From: Lepidodermella squamata
Lineage: Eukaryota; Animalia; Gastrotricha
Length of the DNA: 64,000 nt
Direction: 5' to 3'
NCBI GenBank assembly: GCA_047495785.1
Contig: JBLDXI010000007.1
Location: forward strand, 3,720,001 to 3,784,000
Position 1 is the first letter of the stretch, and each line of letters opens with the position of its first letter. This document shows positions 51,021 to 64,000 of this stretch, one piece after another. The notes below the pieces were generated by a model. It did not search any database. It was not told the origin of the DNA and was given only the letters and a program-made list of their open reading frames with translations. A program made the position numbers and the translations under genes.

Positions 51021-54000
51021 TCAAATGTCGAAAATTTCCGCTCGAGTTGTTTCAGCGAATTCGGCGCCCGACGCGCTCGGGCTGGCCGGCGGCCGGTCGA
51101 CCTTGAGCGTCGGTTTCGCCACGCCGCCCGTCACGGTGCACCAGCGGGGCGCCGCCTCGGGCGACGTCGACCGCCGCGCCATTTTCTCCGCCATTGTCAT
51201 GGTTGCTGCTGCTGCTGCTGCTGTAGGCTGCTGCTGTTGGTCGTCGTCTGGCGCTGCGGGGCCGCTCGCCACGCGCTGTTGCGCCGGCTCAGCGCCGTCA
51301 TGGTGTTGGCCCGCGGCCGAAACTGCTGCTGTTGCTGCTGCCCGGCCGCTGTTGCTGCTCCTCCCCGCTGTTGTTCGATGGGGCCGGTGGTGGTGGGGGT
51401 GCCGAGGCTGGGTGCTCGATGGGCGTTGCCGCTGCTCGCCCGCTGCTGCTGGCTCGTCGCCTGAAAAATCACAAAAAAAACTTGAAAACCCATGAATTTC
51501 ACTCTAAAAAAGAACAGCACGCATATAAAACTGGGTGATTCGAATCGAAATCGTGCTAATTTTAGTCATATTGGGAAACTGCAAAAGATCGGAAGGAATT
51601 GTAAAAATCTTAAGATAAATTTTAAAAAATTTCAAAAATGTCCCCGGGTTTTAAACCTTTTTCGAGAATTTCCAGTTTCCCGTGGACATATTCATAGATT
51701 ATTTCCGGCCCCTAAAAGTCTAATCTTGGGCGTAGGAGCTTATATCAGGTCTGCCTATACAATCTAAAGCCAAGTTTCAGTTTACTAATGGATTTTGGCG
51801 TCGAACAACCGACTTCCTCATCGTCTTCAAACTCTAAACGAAACTGTCGTATGAACTCAGAAAAAGTACACGAGCTTGTCACAATTCGCAATTGGACATA
51901 AAAATTTGAGGTTCCAGAGCTAGATTTCCTCAAAATATGAGTTTTCGAGATTCATCGATATCAACCAATATTGATTCAAAGTATCGATTTTACAAATCAG
52001 TGATTTTTCCGATATCAGAAGTCCTGGAGGCCAATATTGAAAATTATTCTAAAAAATCTGATGGTACCAGCTAGCTAACACAAAAAACTCCACGGTCATG
52101 GGGGCTCCAGCAGCAATCAAGAAAAAAGCCAAATTTGCAAATAATTGGAAAAGTACCAAAGAACCTTAATTTCAGAGGTGCAAATATTCAGAATAAATGC
52201 CGAATATATCCAAAAATCAAATCAAATTTCTGCCATCGGAATAAATTGTTAACAAATCAAATTCCGATTAAAATAAAATTTTATGGAAAAAATTTAAGGG
52301 TGTCGAAATATTTCCACCATTAAAAATGAGGTTCCAGCACTAAATTTTCCAGATTCTTCGCGATTTGGACGTTTTCGGTTTTTGAACGATACTGATGCCC
52401 ACCCTGATCCTAGGATTTTTTATTTCAGCTAAATGGTACCCTATGCTACGTAGAAAAACTTTCGACGTTGGGTTCCAAGACGGCTGATATCGGGAAAGTC
52501 ACTGATTTGTGAAATCGATACTTGGAATCGATATCGGCTATATAAGATTGAGTATAATTCGTAAATTGACCGCTTATAGCGCGAAATACGCAAAATATGA
52601 AGGTCTATCGGTTAGGCATGATAACAACACATTTGAGATTCTAGCGAAGACTAGAAATTCGAAAAACCAGATTCAGGGGAAATTTAGAGCTGGAACCCTA
52701 AATTTGGGGTGCGCACTTGGCACACCCAAAATTAAATTAAAATTAAATTCTTCAAATTTCGTAATTTCCTAAACAATCCTCATCGATTGATCATCATAGC
52801 ATTTAGGGTGAAAAATGCCAAGCCGCAAATAGCTCATCACCACCAGGCAACATGCTTGAAAAATCCCGCATTCACCATAATCGCAGGAAATGTAAGTAGT
52901 AGTGCATAATAATCTGCTAAAAAGCGGGGTCACTCACGTCGTAGCATCAGAAGAAGAAGTGTCGAGCGTGGCAAGCGGTGAAGAACACGTGCTAATATTC
53001 GCATCAGTAGTAGGGTGGCTATTACTATTAGTAGCAGCACTAGTTTTACTATAGGATGAACACGTGTAGAGGGCGATGGTGGCCGGCGAGCGGCGCACCA
53101 CGCTGCCGGTCGTACACGGGTGTCTCAAAGCCGTGCTCGGGTCATCATCATCAATCGCCACGTCATCATCATAATCATCATAGCCGACCTCATGGTCATC
53201 ACGGTCGTCGTCGGCCCGCGGTTCCGCCTCCAGCGCGGCGAGCGGCGCCAGCGAGTCGGCGGTTATCGACTTGGGCGCCTTTCGATTAGTAGAAGCGGGG
53301 TTCGAACTAGCAAGTCCGGAACTAGTAGTAGTAGCAGTAGCGTTATAGCAGAAGCTGCCGGACGGGCTCAGGCACAAGCTGTCCTGGAAACAGCCGACCA
53401 GCGAAGTTGAAGCAGGGTGGTGGCTAAGAGAAGGTCCGTGGCCCGAAGAAGAAGAAGCCGGGTGGTGTTGGGTTATAGCTGGGTTACCTTCTGTGAACAG
53501 CCGCGACAGCAGGCACTCGTGGCCGGCCTGTTGCTGGCGCACGGAGGCGGCGAGGCCGTCGAGCAGAGGCCGGAACGCCGGCGCTACGCTCGGCCGCGTC
53601 GCGTCTAGGAAAGATCCGATCACGGAGTAGCACGTCCATGGTTCGTCGTCACGCGTCAGCCTGCTGGCGAAAATTATAAGAAAAAAATGAAAAAATGCAT
53701 TAAATATTTTAGATTCATCTTTCATCCGAGAGCTCATTAGAATTCGGGAAATTAAGAATGTCCCAAAACCCAAATCAAGACTAATATAAAGTTGGCTTCA
53801 AATAAGTTTCAAAATTTAAAATTAATTAAAAATAATGAGGACATTTTAGTAGCATTTTTTCTAAAAAAACTTTTAAATCATCAAAAAAATTGCCTGATTT
53901 TAGTTCATTTTAAACAAATTTTAGACGTGAAAATTTGATCAAACTTACTCAATTTTCGATATTAAAGCGTGAATTTTCAAAACACGACTTGAAATTCGAT

Positions 54001-57000
54001 TTTCAAGTTTTCAATAATTTCGAGTTCTATATTTTACCCATAACCGTAATATATATAGGAGTGACAATATTTTTACAAAAAATTCGATTTATATGGGGAA
54101 CCTTGAACCTCGAAACCTTCAACATCAACATCAGCAAGTCGAAATCAAAAGGGTAAAAAATTCTCGGCAAGTTTAGGGTTGTTTTTCGAACAGAAAGAAA
54201 GCCAAACTGTAATAAGAACTTATGAGGATGGAGCCGTGAGAACTCACGATGCCAGACAATGCCATCATCATCGTCAATCAACAGCGCCATCTAAGCATCA
54301 TCGTCGAATACCCAAACGCGTTCCTTCACACATCTAATTTACCAAATATCATCATTGGCATTACTTCTAACTGAAAAAATCGGACCAAATAATGGGATGT
54401 CTTTTGTAAAATATCCCCAAAAATCAGAATATCTTTTAGCGGAACCAAATTTACAGTGATCGGAACCAAATTTGCTTTTTGCGGAACCAAAGTCGAAATA
54501 TGCCCATGAGTCATTTTTTAAGTAATTCTACGAATTTTAGGCGAAGCATGATTTCTGAGTTGAACACTCTGTCTTCTAGAGAATGTTGCGCTAAATTTAC
54601 TGGTGATTTTATAAGAATCATTGAGGTCAACCTTGACCCGCAGGAAATATCAGAAAATTGATTTCAGGCCAATAGAAAATTCCAAAATTTGGTTCCGCTA
54701 CTTTAAACTTGGTTCCGATCACCGTAAATTTGGTTCCGGTAAAAGGAAGACCCTCCACAAATCCTTTTAAAAATAATGGCGACAGAGGAAAAATATTCCA
54801 AAATTTGATGACAAATACCTTTAAAAAAATATTCTTTACCCAAAATAAATGAAAGACCCCTAATTATGAAAATAAATGGCAAACATTAGAAATATTTATT
54901 ATTCATTAAACTTATAATTTAGAACATTACATTTTGTTGCTAAAAATTGCAGGATAATAAAATATAACAAAATTGGGAAATTCTCCCATTTTACGGTGAG
55001 AACATAAACTTGTGAAAAAGGCTTTAAAATTCGAATGGCTTTGAGATGCAATCAATTGTCAAATTATTCCGATAATTTTACCTGGATAGAAGCACCTCGC
55101 GGCACGGCGCCGCCGGCAACAAGGACGCGGCCTTGGAATCGCCGCAGAACAGCACCGTCGCCATGTCGTCACCCGAGCTCGAGATCGCAGCCGCCATGGA
55201 GCCGGGCTCGAGGGCGCACGTGACCGCAGCCTCGGGCGGCAGCACCTGGCACATCTCCAGCAGCACGACCAAATTCGACAGGAAAACCCTGAACTCAGCG
55301 TCATTTTCCGAATTCAACAGCGGCGCAGTCAACTGCAGCGCTCGATTCGCCTGCCATAGCAGCCGCTGCCGTTCCGCTTTAGTCGAACTGCCCTGTTGCG
55401 TCGAGTCTTGCTGGTCGCTCGACGAGGCTGTTGTCGTGCCAGGTGACGGCTCTTTCAGTTCTTTCAGCACGAGCAACTGCAGCCACGATATGAGTTTAGC
55501 CATTTCGCCGTTTTGAGGCCGCGTCGTGTAGGTCTCGTAGGCTACGCTTGGCTGAATCGGCGGTTCGATTGATTGCGGTTGGTTTTGAGGTTGTTGAGGT
55601 AGATTTTGTTGCTGTTGCTGCTGTTGTTGTTGGTAGGATTGCTGTTCGGCTGATGCCAGCCTTTCGAGAAGTAAACCGAGTCGAGCTTGATACGAATCCT
55701 CTGCAGAAATTAAACAAAATTGTTAGAAAAATCGATAAATACTCATAAAAATGTTCGTTCATTGAAAATTGAAAATTGAAAAAAATCAATTTCAGAAATA
55801 GCCATCGTTTCATCTAAATTCTATTCGTGGATTTAGTCTTGGAAAAATAGTCCAAAAAGGAAAAAGACTTAAAAATAGGCAAATTTTCTTAAAAAACTTC
55901 AAAACCCAAAAAATGGCTGCCAAACTTATGGGACACGCTGTAATTTTCACGGCTAATTTCGGCTATCATTTTCGAAAAAAATGAGCAATCCAGCTGGAAA
56001 AGCGGGAAAAGCTCGAAATATTTCCATTTATATTACTCTCAATTTTAATTTTTTTCAAATATGAAAATCTTAAAAAAATTAGAGCGAAAAACGATTATGT
56101 GAATTTTAAATTCTGATTTTTTTAAATAAGTCAGTAATAATTTTACCGAGATTTTTCTGCCGCCGCCGCACAGTATCGCACCACTGTTGGATGGTCTCGA
56201 ACGCCTCGGCCTGTTCGCCGACAACGGACGACAATCGCGCAAGGCACGACGACAGTTCAGCCACCGTAGTGTTGCCCGAATCAGCAGCCTGCAGGCGGTC
56301 GACGGCGCTTCGCATCTCGCGCAGCGTCGACGAGATCATGAGCGGCGCCGTGGTCGAGGCCGCCGTCATCGCAGCGCCACCGCCCGGCATCACCGGCAGG
56401 CCCCACGCGTCGAGCAGCTCCGGTGCGTCGTGCTGCTGGTGCGCCTGCTGGTGCGCGACTGAGGCGAGCCACGACGCGCGTTCGCTCTTCAGCCGCTCCA
56501 GCTGGTCGACGGCGGCCGAGTAGCGCAGGAAGAGGGCGGAAAACGCGGCGTCGGGGTCGTGGCTCGACGATACGGTGGGCGAGCGCGGGCCACCGCCAAG
56601 GTCGGACGTGCCTTCACCGGCCGGGTTCATGTGCGCAACCATACGTTTTAGGTACTGGAAAAAAGAAAAGAAATTATTTGGATTTTGAAAGAAATTATTT
56701 CATAATGAAACCATAATCTGAATAAATTATAAGAAAAATCAGAAAATCTTAGTATAACAGCTTCATTCTTTATGCGAAATTTTAGCAAATGACGAATGAG
56801 CGAATTCAATTTTTGTATTTAGAATCGAAAATTTGGTAAAGATCAAGAAAATATAAATTTCTTCAAATTTGCAAGGGGTGTACCGATCTAATTCGATTCT
56901 AGGCTAATTTTGAGGCTTTGGCACTAGATTATCCTAGAAATAGGGTTTTGAGTTTCAAGTTTTTCTTTGAATTTCTATTTTTATCAAGCAGAACCGATAG

Positions 57001-60000
57001 ATTAGGCGTATTTTGTCAGTTTACAAGATATCGATCGGTATCGATTTCAAGTATCGATTTTAAAAATCAGTGATTTTTGCGATATTACTAGTCATAGAAA
57101 TGTTTCTACGCAGCTGGTGGAGGTTAATAGCTATAAAATAAAAATTCCAATGGTAATCATCGAGGGGCATCAATATCGATAAAAAAGTCGCGAAGTATCG
57201 GAAAATTTAGTGCTGGAACGTCAAATGTATTAAATAGCCAATACTTAGACCTTGTACCCAATTGAACTGAAATCGATTTCTCAGTTCAATTGCCTGGCTC
57301 GACAGTCATTTTGCTGGTTTCATGAACTAAAATCTAATCACATTTCGCCCTTTATTCATAACAAAATTTGAAATTTTCGAATTTTCAGAAATAAACGCAA
57401 GATTTCCATTTTTGGTCAAGTTCAGAAAATTTTATGAAAAGAGGAATGTCATGCAAGAATAATCGAGAACTTACAGTGATTTGATGCGATCTCGCCTCGA
57501 GAGACGCCTCCATTTTCTTAGCCATGAAGCGCGACCGCTCCGCCTGTGTCTCGAGGGCCCGGATGCGCTCACGCTGCTCCTCGACGCAGCTCTCCAGCCG
57601 GTTGAACTTGGACTGCCTGGTGCCGAAAAACGAAAACATTTCAAAATATTAATAGTGACGAGTTGTCGGAGCGCCCGCAAATTCGAATGTGTTTTGCTTC
57701 TTGCAAGTGCAAGGGACGCTCGACGGGCGGCTAATTGCCACCTGTCACCGCTATTAGGAAAGCCTATCGATTTGCTCAATTTTGAAATTTCGCACTTTCC
57801 GATATCTGATAATATTATCATTTATGCAGAGATGGAGAGGTAATGCTGTGGAAATACTCAATTATTCATGGAATAAGCAGAGACAAAAAACAACAGCCCA
57901 ATGATCCGACAAAATGATGATTTTCGGTCGCTTATAACAAATTAATGAGGTCTAAAATCTAGTTCAGCACTCAAGTTGGACAATGGGTGAAAATGCTTGC
58001 CGCGTTCAAGGTCCAAATCAAAGTTTTTACCAATTTTTCGAGAAAAGATAACAGAAACAACATCGAAATCAGGGCTTGAACCGATTTTTAGAATTGAATG
58101 TGAGAAATCGATTCAATCTTCGAACTCGGATAAAGACGAAAAATTGTGCTAATCGGCTTTGCACTGGTTGAGATAATGAAATGAAAAACGAGAGAGAGAG
58201 AGAGAGATAATAAATTATGAAAAACCTAGGTTAATTCAAAATTATAAGAAGCAGTTTAATAGATTCGCAATAAAATTTGCGGAATTTTCACGATTTCTGA
58301 TTTTTCGAGAAATGGGGAATTGCAGAAAATGCAAAAATGGTGAACGGCGCTCTCTGGAAATTTTCCACAACCTGGAAATATTTGGAAATTTCCAGAGAAA
58401 AATCGTAATTTCAAAGCAACTTTAGACATTTTCAAATAATTTTTCACTCTAACAACCCACAATTGTTGCTCGCTACCATAATTATTCATTCACCTTCTCG
58501 CGAAAACTCGAAATATGCTCTTCAAAACACAGTCTTATCAGCTTAAAATTTTGAAATTTGAAAATGGTTCCCTGGAAGTCGTGCAAGTTTTGCACCCATG
58601 TTAAAGGCTAATACCTCCTTTTCAATAAACTGCCCAGGAATGTAAAGTTCGCCTTCAAATTCGCAAAAATACGAGTAAAATGTGGAAAATAATGGGCTCG
58701 TTGCACAGGCCCTTCAATCACTTCAATGTGTTCAAAATTCTTTCATTGAACCGTTTTGATTTATTAAAACCGGGTTCTATGTAGCAAAGCGTAGCCGTAA
58801 AATCGAGCGAAAATATTTTTCAAGCGAATTGAGTTTCAATCAATCATTTCCCACTGAATTTGCCGCAAGATGCGTAACACGTAGCTCCGTATCTATCCGA
58901 ACACGTGCAACTGTCGATGCCAGACACGTAGTGCTCGCGGTACTTATCATGGGCGCCGCCACCCGGCTTGATGCCACAGCCGAGCACGAAATTGCCCGGC
59001 GAGCATTTGACGCGCCACGTGCCAGTGCCGTACGCCTTCTGCACCTCGTAGTTGTACAGATTCGCCGCACAGGTCGCATAGCCCGTTCCACCGACCGCGT
59101 CGTAAAATTGGCAGGCACTGCCGTCATCGGTCGGATACATCTGCCGCCAGCCTTCGGTTTTACCGCCATTCGGGAACATGTGACATCCGAGGGCTTTGGT
59201 GCCCCACGGGCAGAAGACCGACCACGTGGCCCAGCCTTGCCCGGTTACGATCTGCTTGCCCTTCGCCGCGTTCGAGCACCACAGGGCACATTCCATGCCG
59301 TGCCAGTCGTAGCATTCGCAGATTTGGTCGTTTACTGGGAACGATTTTCGGTACGGTTCCCAGTTGGTACCATACGGTAAATTCTTCTGGCCGCAGAATA
59401 GCAGGGAGTAACCTGGGCGGCATGTGATTGTCTCGGCTTGTTTGATGGGTGTGATTAGCGAGTTCATGCGAACTGGCACGTTGTCGCCTGTTGGGTCGGT
59501 GCATACGCCTGGGTTGTATTGGCAGTAGTTGACGTAGTAATCCTCTAGTTGACCCCGTTTCGCAGCAAGTTCGGCCGGATTCTCGTTCGGAAGGTAGTTG
59601 GTTGTCAATAATTCGGAAACCTGTCCAGGTGAAATTTGTTTCATCCGACACGTGTCAAGGTCAAAGTCAGTCGCTGAACGGAATTCTATTTTCTCATTTC
59701 ACGCGTCAGATTCAGGCTAAATTTTAGCCAGGAATCGGTAAAAATCTGAGCCGACGCTGGCGATTTGCTGGCAAAAATCAGTAATTTTGGCGAAATTCGT
59801 TACGGTTGACCTGGCCGGATACATCCGTCATCCAAAAACGCGACAAAGACAAATCGCCGAAAATTGAAATTTCAATAATGGGCTCACTTTTTCGAAAAGG
59901 TTGAAAATGAAAATCACAATTTTTTTGAAGTTTTCAAAATTGAAACTTTACATTTTGCTGAAGCTATCGAATAGTGAGCTTTTCCCAATTTTTTAAGGGA

Positions 60001-63000
60001 AAAAATCCTAGATGTACCAAAAAATCCCGAAAAACCCTAGCGTAAATTATTATGTGATTTTCGGTAATTTCCCGAATTCTGATGAAAATTTTCAGGTCAA
60101 ATTTTCAGGCGGAATTCCTTCAGTCAATTCCTTCAGGAATTTCAGTGAATTTGAAGATATCCCAAAGATCAGTATAAAGGCCGAGGATGGCAATTTTTCG
60201 TTAATAACCGAATAATTCGCTCTCGGGTTTTCGGTAAATCTGAAGTTTTATGTAAAATCAAGGATAACAGATTTTTATAGTCCAAGATTTAGGAAAATTT
60301 CCGCTTGAGAAGCTGGTTACTCGCAAATTCTTTTCCGGGAAAATAAAGATAAAATACCGAAATCCCCATTCAATGTTCGGAAATTAAAAAAATTGTTTAA
60401 AAATTTACAATGCCGAAAACATGTCCTCCATTTAAAAATTGTATTTTTGTCACAATTTTTGGATGTCGGAAGAAATTAGGCCTAGGCCTGTCTGTCTGAT
60501 AAGATAAGACACGTGCCAGATGAAAAAAGTATCACCCCACCTGTCGCAGCACGTAAGTAATCGGCATGGGCGAATTCGCCGAACTCGCAGCCCACGTCTC
60601 CCAGCGGCCATCAGCCGACGGCCGACTGCCGAGGTAGAACTCCGCATAGGACAGCCGTTTGCTGTTAAACGTCTCCGCAGACTGTTTCTCCGTTGCGGTC
60701 GCCGTCGACATGCTGCCAGTGATGCCGAAAAAAGACCATTCCGCGCCCGCTTTCACGTCAAAATTCTCCATATCCATCGTCGACCACGCCATTTCCTCGA
60801 ACTCACTTCGAACAACAGCCTTCGCGCCCATTGTCATCGAAATGAGGTAATGAGTCCCGAAAGTTCGAACAAAATTCGAGTATTGGTAGTCGTCGCGAAC
60901 CGTTGGCAGCGACCGAACAGCTGCGGCGAAGTTTGGCGAGACCCGAAACGGGATGTAGGCATCGATCGAAGCTTTGTAGGCCGTGCATTTCGCTACCGTC
61001 TCAACGAAGGCTGTCCGCGACTCGGACGTTCTCTGCGCGACGTGTTTGTACGACGTGCTCGAGCTGAACTTCTGGCCCCAGCCGCCGCCGGACACTGACA
61101 CGTCGACAGCCAGCGAGTTCATATAACTCGTTGTGCCGTGGACAGATTCTGCCTCGGCGCGGTATGAGCATGTCTCGGCTCGCAGGACCTGGGCGTAGTC
61201 GGGGACCAGCCATTTGCCATCGCCAGACAGCAGCCCTCGGTCGTAGGTGAAGTCGAAGATTTTCTGGCGAAAACCAGGGTCCAGTACGTTTCCATGAGGG
61301 TCGCCGTAGATCACGTCGTAGCCGAGTCCGAGGTAGTCAATGTTCGGCAACTTATCCACGGCCCCGGCCAAAGCCGGTAGTATTAACAGGCAGGCGAATA
61401 AACTTAGCATTAGTCCTTTTGATTTATCTTTGCTGGAAGGGTTCAATTCTCTTAGTACTTATAGTCGGATAAGGTGCAGAGATAACACACCCTGCGACTT
61501 TCACCTTCAGAGTTCCAATTTTTTCTATGCCAACAAACAGGATGGAACACGATAGCGAAGTGAGAATTTTCGAGCGCGTTAACGAGACATTTATTCATGC
61601 GTTATCAAAGGCCAAAACAGTCCTAACATTATATGTTTGCTTGGGGTGATACGAATCCCAGATAATTTAGTGTGGGCGAAATAGCAGAGAAAAAAGAGTA
61701 CTTCCTCTAAACCTTGTAACCTAGACCTTTTGGCCAAAATCAGACATACGCGGGAGAAAATCCAAGTAATCAAAAAGTCAAAATGGCAAATTGCTAATAA
61801 TGACTAGAAATCAAGGCCAAAAGACGGAATGGATAGAATGATGTTGATTCAGCGCATAAATAACGGCGAAGTCAAAATCAATCGATTATCGATTATCGAT
61901 AATTGGTGATTGATTTCTGTGTGATGACAAAATTATTAAGTCGATTTTCAAGTTTCTAACTAGAATCATGAAATAATTAAAAAAATCACGAAATTATCGA
62001 TTATCGATTATCGATCGATAACCAATCAATCAAAATACAAATGATCGAATCGGCACAGACATTTTATCGATAGAGAGACCTAACCAAGAGAAATTTCGCA
62101 TCATTTTTGATCAAATTATGGCAAAATCATTTTGTTTCAAATTACAGTTTGAACAGCCAAATTTCTTATTTCGGAAAAACGAAGAAAAATGAAAAATCAT
62201 AGACTCCGTTAAAGCTTTTTTAATGCTAATAAAATACGCAGCTAAATTTACGCCGAAGTACCAGAAATTTCCTAAACGGAATAAGTTATTAAGTTTTCCA
62301 AGTCTAAGCAATTAATAAAATCGAAAGTTAATTTCTAGAAATCAGGAAAAAATTTAGAAAAATAGTAAAAATTTACCTGGAAGAATTTTTGCGCAGTTCA
62401 TTAGTCAACGCGTCCTGGGTGCGTTCCAACTCAGCCTGAAGTCGATAATTCGCGGCCGACAGCTCATCACACTCGGCCAGCTTCTCGCGAATAACCTCTC
62501 GCAATTCGGCGACATTCGCACTCAAACATGCGGCTTCATCCCTCGCCTGGCGACTGTCCGACTCCAACTTCTGCAAATGCCGCGTCGGAATCAGAGCGTC
62601 AAACCTGGCCGCCAGGTGTTCAAACCACTGCGGCTCATCGTCCAGCGGCGATTCGGCCGCAAAATGCCGCGCAACGTCGTGAAAATTCACCTGACTGTTC
62701 GCCTCCAAACAATCGATAAGTTCGAGCACGAACTTCAACCGAACCTGCGCGTTCCGCGTCGATTTCTGCGCTGAATTCAGCTGATTTTCGAGCTGAATCC
62801 TCGCCGAAACGTGCTGGTCAACATCGGCGTGCATAGACGCGATCTGCTCGAGGTACCGCTGCGACTCGCGAACCACCTCCGAGTACGCCTCGGATTGGGC
62901 TCGCTGCGAGGCGGCCATCTGCCGAGTCAGGGCCGAATTCGCCTCTTGTAACCTAGCAGCTTCCTCCGCCGCGAGTTCCAGCCGCGTTTTCAACGACCCA

Positions 63001-63773
63001 ACCTCACTTTCGAGCAGTTGCAGCGCCGCTCTCTCCGCCTGGGCTAGGCCGTGTTTCTGGGTGGCCTTGGGCGTTTCGACCTGGTGCGAGATGTTAGGAT
63101 GGCTCGGCTGCTTCTGCACGAGGTAGTGGTCCATTGACGCGAAGCTCGGCTGGCCTAGCCGGTCGAGTAGGCTCGGCTCAGACGACGAGAGATGCGCGGA
63201 GTTCGCCAGGAGATTTCCGCCCGGCTCCGCTAGCCCATACACCCCGTTTTGTAAGTCCCGCAAGTGGTGTTTCAACCTCGGTTTCCCCGATTTAGGCCCC
63301 TCTAGGAAGTCGATAACCGTCCGCCTCAGGTGGTCAGGGGCCTGTCTCGGGATTGAAAATTGACTCGCCTGGCTGGGGTTCGACCCGTTCAGGCATCTCT
63401 CCAGCGAATTCAGCCAGTCGTTTGCGACACTTTGCGACAGAGCTGCGAAGACGAGGGGCGGCGATCGCGGCGTTTCGAGGCTCACTGTGTAAAGTTGCCC
63501 GGCTTTGCCTGGGGTGAGGCGGATTTCTTGGCCGAACGACCGTTCGTCGACGATTTGCCGGTCGTCGGCGGACCGGTAGGCGGTGAGGCGGTATTGCGGC
63601 TGGTTGGCGTCGTTCTGGCCGGTCACGCTCAGTTCGAGCCAGCAGCGCGACCACGACGAGGCGGCGAGTGGGTTTTTGAGCAGGGTTTGCGACGACTGCG
63701 ACGCCTGTTTCAGCATCGCCCAGTCCGCTTTTAGCACTGTCACCGTTCGTATCGCACTCGGCCGCGGTTGTTG
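51021..63773 (-). CDS. PH-domain plus long coiled-coil protein, multi-exon, 5' end outside the window
   Basis: Exon 63773-62377 encodes a PH-like fold (WSRCWLEL...LVFAALSQSVANDWLNSLE) followed by heptad-rich coiled coil. Phase-compatible downstream exons: 57616-57475, 56654-56147, 55700-55082, 53660-53488 (or read-through to the stop at 52934), 51460-51021. The link across the 62376-57617 intron is inferred. Confidence 0.6.
51970..52535. repeat. Dispersed repeat family (core tatcgatttt..aaatcagtgatttttccgatatc); inverted pair here
   Basis: Copies at ~43700, ~51980 and ~57050 (+), and at ~48510, ~49670 and ~52500 (-). Confidence 0.7.
54433..54746. mobile_element. MITE-like element with subrepeated inverted termini
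   Basis: cttttagcggaaccaaatttacagtgatcggaaccaa / ttggttccgatcaccgtaaatttggttccggtaaaag. Confidence 0.75.
58844..61410 (-). CDS. Secreted MACPF (perforin-like) protein with three C-terminal Cys-rich repeats, ~548 aa
   Basis: Exons 61410-60541 and 59620-58844 (phase 0). Signal peptide MLSLFACLLILPALAGA; YLGLGYDVIYGDP...DPGFR; MACPF signature FVRTFGTHYLISMTMGAK; W..S....PMPI.Y.L. Confidence 0.9.
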
Positions 63774-64000
63774 CTAGAAAAAAAAAATCGCAAAAATGTC
63801 ATTTCAATTTTCCTGAAAATCACGCTAAAAAATGGCAGCAAACTCCAATCGAAATTATGCGAAAGTAGCATTTTTGGTTGATTTTGGTAAATATGGATGA
63901 AGTAGTGTTCACTAAGTGATGATATGACCTGAATTTTAGTACCATTTCGACAATTTTTCGGATTTTTCTTTGATATTCAAAATCTGTTCCCCGCTAGGTG

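Overview
Eukaryotic (invertebrate animal) genomic DNA: AT-rich, with many ~50-60 nt GT-AG introns and an interstitial TTAGGG run. From left to right: (1) the last exon of a ryanodine receptor; (2) a tandem cluster of five highly divergent GABA-B-type class C GPCR genes (four on -, one on +, one frameshifted); (3) a tandem cluster of four Ly6/three-finger-like cysteine-rich genes plus one fragment, interrupted by an apparently intact, intron-containing Sola-type DNA transposon; (4) a Pax2/5/8-class gene; (5) two paralogous small secreted proteins that look like peptide precursors; (6) a multi-exon PH/coiled-coil gene with a MACPF pore-forming protein gene apparently nested on the same strand in one intron. 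Several MITE-like elements and dispersed repeats are also present. All gene models were built by eye from splice signals and phase compatibility; no database searches were run.
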